DNA of 63,969 nucleotides, the filler included, from Eremomyces bilateralis CBS 781.70 (Eukaryota), in assembly GCA_010015585.1 (NCBI GenBank). It is 7 parts of 7 records of this genome, joined end to end, with 100 filler letters (N's around TTAATTAATTAA, not from the genome) between each part and the next. Parts side by side here need not be neighbours in the genome. Positions count along the whole stretch, not along the records: positions 38,599 to 52,352 come from ML975195.1; positions 52,453 to 55,593 come from ML975197.1; positions 55,694 to 60,032 come from ML975206.1; 4 more parts are not named here. One strand, written 5' to 3'. The position numbers and the translations under genes were made by a program. Position 1 is the stretch's first letter. Each line of letters opens with the position of its first letter. Positions 49,256 through 60,132 of this stretch are shown piece after piece. The notes beneath the pieces are model-generated. The model had not been told where the DNA came from and ran no database searches. It saw only the letters and a program-made list of their open reading frames with translations.

Positions 49256-50870
49256 TCACGAGCGTAGCTAGCACGTGATCTCTGTCTTGCTAGAGGATCA
49301 CCTTCATAGGATTATTAATCAAATATTCTTAATCATGCGGAGGAAATAGTTGAATCGCTCGAAAAACAGCATCTTGGCGATCAATATATACTTCCTAATT
49401 ATGAAATCAAATGATACCCTTTTCTCATCTGGTCGTCTGGTCGTACAGTGATGTTTGATCCTGATCTCGCGCCACCTAACCACCTTGCCTACAGCACTCA
49501 CTCTCCGCCTTCCGGAAATCCTCCGCATCCACGCAACCCAGCTATGAACTCCGTCCCTACCGTTCCGCCTGTGAAGGAAGCGGAATTGAAGATGACGATC
49601 CGACTGCCCGTCGGAGATCCTACACTATGTCAATACCGCGCGATTAATTCGAATAATATGAACAAAACTCTGCCGTGATATACTGATTCTCCCTCCTATG
49701 CGCATTCTGCTTCCGGAAGGCCATCGTCTCGCTCTCCGTGCGACGGTTCAAATCCTGTAAGTCGAATGGAGTCTTAAACATGATCTCTCTAAGGATTTTC
49801 ATAGGGGAGGCTACCACATAGGTTAGGCTAGGCGCGAACTCCCCATCGCACCGGTCACCAGGCTTCGTTCGGTCCAGAGATTCTCTTTCAATATAACACG
49901 GGTTCTCAACGCCATAGGAATCTCAGAATAGAGGTTTCCTGCCTCATTAGTCGGATCTTTTTCTGCCCTTGCCCCTCCTTCATGAATTGCTTGACACATC
50001 CACTGCCTCATCGTACGCAATAATTACGTATACTGAGGAGCGCTATAATAGCTCGAGTTTTTCTACAGCCTCGTTCCTCGACTCCAGGCTCTTACTGGTT
50101 GTATCATTTTTCAGCCTCGCCCTCAGGTTGACACACTTAGTCCCCCCTTGTCAGCCTTGCCGGTATTCCTATATAAACATTCCGTACATCCCAAATAACC
50201 CCCGATCTCTGGCAGCCTTTTCATCCTACCTATCCTCATCCTCGAATTCCACCCAGCTTATCTACGAATCTCTACCTACCAACACTCACCCTTCTCATAT
50301 TCTCTAACCTTCCTTAGCCCTCTCAACAACCAACAAACTTACTTTCTACCAAAACCTCAGCACCTACCTACTTCTCTATAGTTACTTACAAAATACACTA
50401 TGGACGTACGCCCTTTCCCTCCTTTCCTTTCACATCTCTCCACTATTTACCCCCATTCTTATACCTATCCATGCTTGCTCAACTCAACAATACTAACCTA
50501 GGCAACAGTTCCCGTCCGGCACCCGAGTGCGCTACGAAGACAAGTACTACATCGTCATTGGGGCTGCGGAACGAGGCAAGGTTCTGATCCAGAATGAGAA
50601 TGACGCGGAGGATATACTGAGGGTTGATCCGGAGACTTTGAAGGAGGTTTAGGGATTTCATACCACCTTCTAGTTATTCTACTCCGTATCGCAGGGCCCA
50701 TACGGCCTGCCGCTGTTTCTTGGGCTATATCTTGGTTTGCATGCGGCCCGTGCGCGTGGAAGACCAGGGGTCTGGGGTACTCTAGTGGGTGGGGTGGGGT
50801 ACTGGGGTACTGGGGTACTGGGGTAAATGGTGGGGGGTCGATCTGATCTGGGCAGGCGAGTCAATAGTTT
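49256..50870 (-). mobile_element. Internally deleted PIF1-helicase/Helitron-like element relic (boundaries tentative)
   Basis: PIF1 fragment EAGNLYSEIPMALRTRVILKENLWTERSLVTGAMG at 49823-50020; (TGGGGTAC)n array at 50795-50825. Confidence 0.5.
50400..50652 (+). CDS. Putative 49-aa spliced microprotein (exons 50400-50405 and 50509-50652)
   Basis: ATG GAC, then a GTACGC...TACTAAC...AACAG intron, gives MDFPSGTRVRYEDKYYIVIGAAERGKVLIQNENDAEDILRVDPETLKEV*. Confidence 0.55.
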
Positions 50871-52452
50871 GTTTGTAGCACAAGGGGAACGCGTCTAATC
50901 ATAACGAACAGTTCATCACTGGAAAGCGCTCGTCAAAACGAGTCGATAGATGTAAAATGATCGGGATCTGAGCCTGTTAGAGGGATGCAGCGATCGCGCA
51001 CAGATTGGGCCGTCGGGATTCAATGGAGTATGCCAAGCATCGTGAACCAACCACCTCCCCAATCATGTTCACGTGGGGCGGGCCCATCGAGACCGTGGCG
51101 GGCTCCAGCCGCGAAGTTGGTCGTGGACTCGTAGCAAATCGATCCGCTTAGGGTTCGTGGAGGACCATCCCGCATCTGCAGCCTTCGGCGTCGCGATAAC
51201 CACTGACGGTGAAATCCCGGGGCATATGCTCATTTGCTATGACCGGAGGGCCTTTGAGTGGAAAGCTTCTGGGAAGAAGGAGTATCAAAATGAGGACCGC
51301 TTATGAGCAGAAATACGGAGTGTTGATACGAGGAATGGCTTCTATGACCTGCAAAGAGGATGTCCAAGGCGCCGAAGTCAGCGTATCAGAACATGTTCAT
51401 GCATTTCAACAGCAAGTCTCTAGAGTCACATGATATGTTCCGTAACGCTAGGGAAGCGACTTATCTCAGTTGGGACTCAGGCGGCAATGGTGCCCCCTGG
51501 CCATTATGGGGCTCCGCTATACCCAATGAAGCCCAGCCTCTTCTTTAGCACACGCCACTAAATATTGACCAATCATGCGCCTTGAAGGCAGAGGGCACCA
51601 CTGCCGTCTGAGAGACTCCTGCATAGTTTGTGTGGATGTGTCGAGTATCAAATCATGATATAGGTGAGGGAACTCCCATCGCTAAGTGTGCTTGATCCGG
51701 AAAGGCTATCGCTAATCTGTTTTCAGAAATTGATCGTACGCGTTGACTTCTACATTTCATCAAGTTTTAGGACCAATCCAAACACTCTACATGTTATGGT
51801 TCTGATCCTGCGTGCCGAACTTCGTATCACGTGACTACGTCATTCCTCTCAAGCGATGTATATTCTAATTATCCGAAGTTCTCCCAGCCAAAGCACCTCC
51901 AAATCTTTGTGTTCTAATTTCCACTCTTCCCCCATAGATCCCTCCCTTTTGGCGTCAACTGTACATGAGTACGAAGACCAGCTCGTTTAGGTGTATTCGA
52001 CCTATCTTGTCTGGTAATCTGCCCTTTCTCCTGGTTTCCCGATACCTCCCTAAGAGGCGTCCGACTTCTTGTGCGCATACCTGAAGAAGAATCTTGAGCA
52101 GCTCATTTGGCCGTTTGGCTGCGCGGCCAAATGTTAACAGGTATAGGAGTTTTAATATCTGAGGGGATTATAGTCGAATCATCTGTACCAGAATCTAACT
52201 TAACGCTAATTTGTGATACGAACGATAACTCCTCTCCCACGACAAACGAGCTTCCTAATTCCTGCGACCCTTCCGATGCCTCCGACTGTGATGAAAACGA
52301 GGGCCAATGGCAGGGTTTGAATGTTTCCCGATACTCATTAAGCTGCTGCGCANNNNNNNNNNNNNNNNNNNNNNNNNNNNNNNNNNNNNNNNNNNNTTAA
52401 TTAATTAANNNNNNNNNNNNNNNNNNNNNNNNNNNNNNNNNNNNNNNNNNNN

Positions 52453-52539
52453 TAGGCCGCAAGGCCACAACACACAGACTGGGCAAAGCCCAAGACTGTC
52501 ACACGAATATTCGTAATCGAATATTCGTGTCCAGCCCTA
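52453..52539. mobile_element. LTR end (52453-52503, same family as 59755) inserted into a hAT terminus (52504-52539)
   Basis: 52453-52503 is the reverse complement of 59755-59805. It abuts CGAATATTCGTAATCGAATATTCGTGTCCAGCCCTA, the reverse complement of the 38196 terminus. Confidence 0.85.
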
Positions 52540-53070
52540 GTCACGGCAAGATTATTTAATGCAGTTTGTAGCCTTGGACTCCTAGAGCTCATGCCTTGGC
52601 CTGCGACACCAGCCAATCTCAAATGGTGGGAAAATCTCAAAACCTGGTGGGAAAATCTCACCAGCCAATAGGCAAATACATAGGAGAAGAGTGAGCAGTC
52701 CTAAATAGGCTTAGCCTAGGGGTAATGGGCAGAGAAAGGAATATTGCGTGGTAGTAGAAACGAACAGGGGCATCCTGCGACACATACAGTCCTCCTGGCA
52801 AGGGATACGCATCCTATTTCGTATTAGTGCATTGCAGGGTGAGACTGCGCCATCCGCTGCGCCATGAGCTCTTTTGCACCTTCACACCAGTCCTTGTGTG
52901 GACGATGCCAACAGATAATAGAACCAATAATGTGGAAGCTGCGTTTTCCCTTTTTCATCACACTATCCCCCACGTAGTACCAGTAATTATATCCTTTCGC
53001 TGAAGATATTCTTGAGAGAACTCAATCTCCCTAGCGACTTACGTTCGGTTCTTTAAAACCTACCCTCGCT

Positions 53071-55593
53071 ATGCGGCTGCTTAGCACTGGCCCCAGCGGC
53101 AGCTTCCGCCTGACCCACTTCCCCAGCGACAGTATTCCCAGCTATGCAATCCTTTCGCACACCTGGGACGCGGATGACCAGGAGGTTACATTCCAAGATA
53201 TTACGAATACCGTGGGAACCAGCAAGACAGGCTATAGAAAGATCGAGTTTTGTAAGGAGCAAGCAAAGAAACATGGGCTTCAGTATTTCTGGGTGGACAG
53301 CTGCTGCATCGACAAGTCAAGTAGCGCCGAGCTCACAGAGGCTCTTAACTCGATGTTTCGCTGGTACGGGGATGCAGCAAAATGCTATGTGTATCTCTCA
53401 GACGTTTCAACAGGAAAGCACACCCGGTCTTCTGAGCTCCCATGGGAACCGGCGTTTAGGCGGAGTCGATGGTTCACCAGAGGCTGGACACTACAGGAGC
53501 TTCTTGCTCCGCGATCAGTCGAGTTTTTCTCCCGAGATGGCAAGCGACTTGGTAACAAAAAGTCGTTAGAACAGCAAATTCACGAGATTACTGGGATTGC
53601 AATTGGCGCACTTCAAGGACATCTGTCTCAATTAAGCAACGATGAGCGAATGTCATGGGCAAAAGAGCGAGAGACCAAGAGGGAAGAGGATCAAGCATAT
53701 TGCCTCATGGGAATCTTTGGCGTCTACCTACCGGTCATCTATGGCGAAGGGAAAAGAAACGCACTCCAACGGCTTCGAAAAGAGATCGAAGAGGGTTCAG
53801 ACGATACGCGAGGTAATTCAACCGCAAGTTTTTATGGTTAGCGGACTAATCTGCAAAGTGAAATGGAACGACAAGGAACTAAACTGTATGCAAGCCCTGC
53901 GTAATTCAGCTTCCGACTACGAGCAGTTCAAGGACCGGAACTCTAGCCGACTTAGAGATACCTGCCAGTGGGTTCTCCGTCATGACCATTTCCGAAACTG
54001 GAAAGACAGCAGCTCCTCAAGTCTTCTTTGGATATCTGCGGATCCTGGATGCGGAAAATCAGTTTTCTCTAAATCTCTTCTCGACGAAGATTTCAAAAAC
54101 ACGGACGCTGGCACAACTTGCTACTTCTTTTTCAAAGATGACAATGACGTACAGAAAAGTGCAGTTGCAGCGCTTGCGGCACTACTCCACCAGCTCTTTC
54201 GGCAGAAACCAACACTTATCAAACACGCTATGCCGGATTTCGCCGCTAATGGACATCAACTTTCTCAATCATTTCATATACTCTGGAGTATTCTAATAAA
54301 GACGGTGGCTGACCGGAATGCCGGGGAAGTCTTTTGCGTCTTGGATGCCCTCGACGAATGCGCAGAAGGAGGGCAGTATCAGATTATTAACGCTCTCAGT
54401 TCATTCTACCAGCAAGCAAGCTCCGGAAACAATGCATCTCGACTCAAAATATGTGTCACTAGTCGTCCTTACCCAGGCATTGAACGGCGCTTCACCGATC
54501 TTACTTCTAACTTTCCTACGATTCGGCTGCACGGCGAGCAAGAATCAGATATAATCAGTCATGAGATTGATCTAGTCATCAAATGGAGAGTATCTCAACT
54601 CGGATCTGAGCTCAAACTCAATAATTCAGAACAGTCAAATCTCGAAACAGAGCTGTTAAGCATGAGCCACCGAACATACCTCTGGTCAACACTCATTTTC
54701 GATATCATTCGCAAAATGATTCGACCGACAAGTCGGAAACTAAAGGCAGTTATTAGTGGCCTTCCGTCCACAGTTGATGAAGCATACGAAGCGATTCTTA
54801 CAAAAATCGAGGAGGACGATCGACCACAAGCACGGAAATTGCTCTCTATCGTTGTTGGAGCAACCAGGCCTCTTACACTAACAGAAATGAACATCGCTCT
54901 AGCTATAGAAGACCGCCATCGCTCCTTCGACGACCTTGAACCTGACCTTGACGATGAAGCGAGGTTTGAAGCGTCGGTGAGACACCTCTGCGGGCTCTTT
55001 GTGACTGTAGTGGATCGAAAGGTCTATCTGATCCATCAAACTGCAAAAGAATTCCTTCTCGCGAAGAGTGAGGCCGCTGCTATTGGATGGAAATATTCTC
55101 TTGTTCTAACGGATTCTGAGTCCCTTCTAGCCAGAGCATGCCTTACATATCTTTCGTTCACTGAATTTGATGAAGCGACAGATCAGATCTCTGCAACAGT
55201 CAAAGACGGCTACTTGGATTATGCCGCAGGTTCTTGGGCTGCCCACTACCGAAAAGCACAGCATAGTGCAACCGAGCAAATGTTGCAATTGGTTTTCAGA
55301 GTCTGCGATACCCAATCCCAGCGGTTCAAGACTTGGTTCGATGTGTACTGGCAGATGGCTCACCAGTGGGATCATAATCCACAGTTCACAAGCATTCTGA
55401 TGGTGGAGTCATATTTTGGGCATAAGGGTATCGTCAAGCTGCTGCTCGATGCCAATACGGACGCCAACTCGAAGGATAAGGACGGTCGGACACCGCTGTC
55501 GTGGGCGGCCGAGAACGGCCACGAGGGTGTCGTTAAGCTGCTGCTCGAGGCCAAGGCCGACGCCAACTCGAAGGATGACTACGGTTTAACACC
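53071..55593 (+). CDS. Fungal NLR: HET domain - NACHT - ankyrin repeats (3'-truncated at the contig end; intron about 53813-53858)
   Basis: HET motifs YAILSHTW, WVDSCCIDKSS and WFTRGWTLQELLAP; Walker A ADPGCGKS; Walker B CVLDALDEC; VTSRP; IHQTAKEFL; ankyrins KDGRTPLSWAAENGHEGVVKLLL. Confidence 0.93.
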
Positions 55594-55788
55594 NNNNNNN
55601 NNNNNNNNNNNNNNNNNNNNNNNNNNNNNNNNNNNNNTTAATTAATTAANNNNNNNNNNNNNNNNNNNNNNNNNNNNNNNNNNNNNNNNNNNNTATCTAA
55701 TGATATAATAAGGTCGTCGTCCTAATCATCTTTTTCTTTAATCAATTTAGGCGTAAGCTATGCCAGAGCTCGTTATTTATAAAGGCTG

Positions 55789-55951
55789 TGTTATGGTTCC
55801 AGGCCTGTGGCCTGTCTCCTGAATGACAGTCACGTGACTAAGTCAACTGTCGAAGTCTTGGACATCGCGCACGCGTCGTAGATAGCTCTTCTTCTTTAGC
55901 TTTGCAATAAATGAAAGTGGTTCTCGTAACTTCTGCGATCAAACCGTCTCA
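55789..55951 (+). mobile_element. LTR (163 bp), identical to the solo LTR at 63661-63823
   Basis: TGTTATGG...CCGTCTCA is the exact reverse complement of 63661-63823. Confidence 0.88.
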
Positions 55952-56560
55952 CGGAGTTATATTAGTACTTATATTCTTACTGGAATTCGATTCAAACTCG
56001 GCGATAGGAAGTAGTATAGCCTAGTTATCTTACTTATAGTTAATAAACGCTCGAAGGAACTACTTAAGAGCAGCGTTGGCAATCTCGGTCTACCTATCGG
56101 TCTCTAGGTAATAAGCGGTAGATAGTTTCGGCGTTATCCCCGTACGATCGCATAATACTTTCTGTCAAGGATTGGTAGCCCTGGGTGATATTGGATTGCT
56201 GTAGGCAACTGAATAGATCAAGAAGTCTGTATCAACGTATTTGTATTGTATGTAATGGTGTAAATGTGTAACAGCGCGAATCGCTACCGTTGAGAGTTGG
56301 TAGGATTCGTGCGGGGTATTATATACCTTAAAAGCGGTGTAAGGATAAAAGATAATCCGACCTGGGCCCAAAGGCCCAAATGGGTCATGCAGGTGGTGAA
56401 TCTTCATACTCTCTCTCTAGATTGATTCTAGTATATCACGAATCGCAGAGTTTTCTTTCATTCTTCGTGCCCTGACATACGCGCAGGACCATCCCCCAAC
56501 AACGGGCTCTCTATTTGGGTCTCTGGCTTCCCCGAACGTGCGTTCTGACAAAAGCCCACT

Positions 56561-57042
56561 TTACACTATTATGAGCGCCAATCCAAAGAGGCCCCCGGCA
56601 ATCGCTCCTAGCCCGCCCGCAGCTTTCGCAGCCGCACCGGTCTCTTCTGGAGTCGGTATTATCGTGGTTTGGGACGGTACCGTTGTGGTTCGGCTCGACA
56701 TCGGTCCGCCCGGGGTTGGCACCTCATAATCGCACCCAGGGCCGAGGGGCGTCTCGCTGCAAGTATCGCCAGGTCGACAACAACTCCATCAAGTAAAGGA
56801 TACTAATGTTAGCTAGAGCTCCGAGAAGCGAGATTCCGGATGGAATAAGGAACGCGGGAGGATCAAGGAACTTACTAGCTGTTGCCGCATTCAACCTCTG
56901 TATCGCGGAGACTTTCTACCGTACCGCACTCCCATGCCGCGCTGCCGGCATTCTGACGACGTTCAACCTCCGCGGAGGCAGATGCAAGGGTGCTGACGCT
57001 TAATAGGGCAAGGAGAGCGAGCGAAAATGCCTTAGTTTTCAT
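56561..57042 (-). CDS. Small secreted Cys-rich, probably GPI-anchored protein (2 exons)
   Basis: Signal peptide MKTKAFSLALLALLSVSTLA, ERR processing-like site, CG..(Y)CCRPGDTC..GC, S/T-rich stalk and hydrophobic tail GLGAIAGGLFGLALIIV*. The splice acceptor is uncertain. Confidence 0.6.
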
Positions 57043-58476
57043 CTTTGCGATATACTGCAATCGACTGTTATTGTAGGGGAGAGTAAGTATCAATAAAAGA
57101 AAGGAGCCTACGGGCGGAGCCAAAGAACGAGGAGATAGGATACATGGGCCCTCTTGTACCTCAAGACGAAGAGGCTCTGGGAGAGGGGCGCCTCGTATTC
57201 GGCGCTTCCGATGAAACCAAGTTATAAACCGTCTATCCATCTCGGCGAAAACCTCTCCCGGCATTGGCATTGCTTGGCAACTGGCTCGGGTTTGTGCCAA
57301 CCTGTTTCCCAGCCGTCGTTAGACGAGTTACCGTCTTAAACACTATAACCTGGCAACGGAGACGATTCGGAACATAGCCTGCTAGAGTTCGCCGCGGACC
57401 GATCCCTCAATAGCGGAATTAGGCATAATACAGATAGAGGAGTCGTCGACCTCCTCTTCGACAGGAAAAGGAATATGGCAGAAATCTGCGGGCCTCGCGC
57501 CGCCATCAGAACGGTGGGCGAGAATATCGGAGCAAATGTGCATGGCTGGGCTTGGGAAACAGAAGAGAGGGATTTCTCAGAGTTAACCACTGCACCAAAT
57601 GGACCACCTTATGGTACGCCCCAGCGCCATAAGGCATCAAACTGAATTCACCCTCTACTTCAACTTCGATCCTGCGCAGGGAAGCGATATCNNNNNNNNN
57701 NNNNNNNNNNNNNNNNNNNNNNNNNNNNNNNNNNNNNNNNNNNNNNNNNNNNNNNNNNNNNNNNNNNNNNNNNNNNNNNNNNNNNNNNNNNNNNNNNNNN
57801 NNNNNNNNNNNNNNNNNNNNNNNNNNNNNNNNNNNNNNNNNNNNNNNNNNNNNNNNNNNNNNNNNNNNNNNNNNNNNNNNNNNNNNNNNNNNNNNNNNNN
57901 NNNNNNNNNNNNNNNNNNNNNNNNNNNNNNNNNNNNNNNNNNNNNNNNNNNNNNNNNNNNNNNNNNNNNNNNNNNNNNNNNNNNNNNNNNNNNNNNNNNN
58001 NNNNNNNNNNNNNNNNNNNNNNNNNNNNNNNNNNNNNNNNNNNNNNNNNNNNNNNNNNNNNNNNNNNNNNNNNNNNNNNNNNNNNNNNNNNNNNNNNNNN
58101 NNNNNNNNNNNNNNNNNNNNNNNNNNNNNNNNNNNNNNNNNNNNNNNNNNNNNNNNNNNNNNNNNNNNNNNNNNNNNNNNNNNNNNNNNNNNNNNNNNNN
58201 NNNNNNNNNNNNNNNNNNNNNNNNNNNNNNNNNNNNNNNNNNNNNNNNNNNNNNNNNNNNNNNNNNNNNNNNNNNNNNNNNNNNNNNNNNNNNNNNNNNN
58301 NNNNNNNNNNNNNNNNNNNNNNNNNNNNNNNNNNNNNNNNNNNNNNNNNNNNNNNNNNNNNNNNNNNNNNNNNNNNNNNNNNNNNNNNNNNNNNNNNNNN
58401 NNNNNNNNNNNNNNNNNNNNNNNNNNNNNNNNNNNNNNNNNNNNNNNNNNNNNNNNNNNNNNNNNNNNNNNNNNNN

Positions 58477-58666
58477 AATGGCGTACCTTTTTGGTCTCAT
58501 ATATGGGTGTATGCACAAGTGGGACCGGGCCCTCGACCCACGACTTGTCGACGGTACTAGACATGGCTCTCTTATCCGTTTGCAGGTAGTAGTTGAAGGA
58601 ACCTCCGAGAATAAGCGCAGTGGTTATGGGAACACCAAAGGCGAGGATCGAGCGTAACCTAGGCAT
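58477..58666 (-). CDS. First exon of a probable hemerythrin/HHE-domain protein (the rest lies in gap 57692-58476)
   Basis: KSWVEGPVPLVHTP resembles the WADGPFPLIPTP N-terminus of fungal HHE proteins; followed by a GTACGC donor. Confidence 0.45.
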
Positions 58667-59754
58667 GTATATGCGCACACTCCACCAAATGTACCAATGC
58701 TGTTCCTTTCGACTTCCTATCTGTTCTCCCAAGCTCTTCGGTTTCTTGATTACTCAACAATTTTATGCCTATAGGCTACCTACAGGTAGCCGACGCGCAC
58801 TTCGTATACGCGCAATCCTTTCCAGTCTTTAACAAACGACGACGCTGCCCGGGAACAACACCCCACGCATGCGACGCAGCCTACCTTAAATACCGATCAA
58901 TCCAGTTCTGGAATACGAAGAACCTAATTACATGAAGCCACATTAAACACACGCCTGATGTTGATACGATACGTCATGGTGAGCTACTCATGCCATCCCT
59001 TGGTGTTCGTAATCGCGATGCCTCTGATTGGATAGTGATGAATTAGCAAGCTTGGCTTCGGATTCCAGTAATCGAGACTTGATCGAGCCTGAATCTTTTC
59101 TAATCATTTGTACTGTGCGAACTTTTATGGATATATCTCTGAAGTATTTTGCGATTGACCGGCGACCAACCTGGATTGATGACGACGGCTCCGCTCTCGA
59201 CAGCGCTAGAGCCCTTAGATATTATATGGTTAGATGCTTCCCTAACGGGGTGGTACCGTGATCGATTTGCGTATGCCGCCTTGGCTCGGGCTAGCTCCTC
59301 CTTCCTGGTCGGGCATTGCTGGCTCCATGCTTCGTGTGCACCGCGGCATGCGGCGCACTTCCCAGGGTTAGATGCGCACTCAGTAGGGGTGAAGCTCCTT
59401 TCACACCCTGCTGTGCTCCATTCACACCCGCACCCCGCTCCATTTACACCCTACCCGGTCACATGACATACCAATTCTGGTCACATGACATACCAATCCC
59501 CTAGAATATCTGATGCAGATGGGCAAATATAACGTATTTGAGACTCCCCCATATAGGGAGGCACATCTACATGGTGCTAGGAGTAGTATCAAGTAGTGGG
59601 GGCTACTTGACGAAGCTGACATCTGCCTAGAAGAGGTAGAAAGATGAAAAGCTTGGAAACGGCATAAGCAGGGCGAAGATGAAATAGGGAATTACGATCG
59701 ACATTAGCAGAGCAAGATTCAGCATGTTTCTTTCATAGGCTATATGGCCTTAAG

Positions 59755-60032
59755 TGTGACAGTCTTGGGCTTTGCCCAGTCTGTGTGTTGTGGCCTTGCG
59801 GCCTAAGGCAGAAGGGATGGGTAGACCGTTTGCCCACAGATGTAAATAGCAGATCGCAGTGAGAGAGATCTTCTCCTTCTCTCTTTAGCAATTCAACAGC
59901 GTTACCAGCTTACCAAATCCTTCGTGGTTTGGGCCCTTGACAATTTGAATTGCTCATTCCTTTTCTGAAAGACGCTCGCTCATGCTGCCAACTTCGGAAA
60001 TCGGCCGAAACAAGCTAGAACCTAGAAATAGA
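59755..60032 (+). mobile_element. 5' LTR (59755-59942) and start of the internal region of a Gypsy/Tf1-like retrotransposon
   Basis: TGTGACA...TTGACA termini, a second copy of the LTR end at 52453-52503, and a self-complementary PBS (see findings). Confidence 0.75.
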
Positions 60033-60132
60033 NNNNNNNNNNNNNNNNNNNNNNNNNNNNNNNNNNNNNNNNNNNNTTAATTAATTAANNNNNNNNNNNN
60101 NNNNNNNNNNNNNNNNNNNNNNNNNNNNNNNN

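Noticed and set aside
50900..52352. Short ORFs at the end of contig 3
   Set aside because: Fragmentary, with no recognisable motifs.
56163..56477. TGTCAAGG...CCCTGACA candidate LTR
   Set aside because: Termini fit, but there is no matching TSD and no second copy in the window.
57506..58732. Long ORFs spanning the 785-N gap
   Set aside because: Artefacts of translating Ns.
59380..59502. Tandem GGTCACATGACATACCAAT and CACACCC repeats, a possible MULE-like end
   Set aside because: No partner inverted repeat or TSD found.
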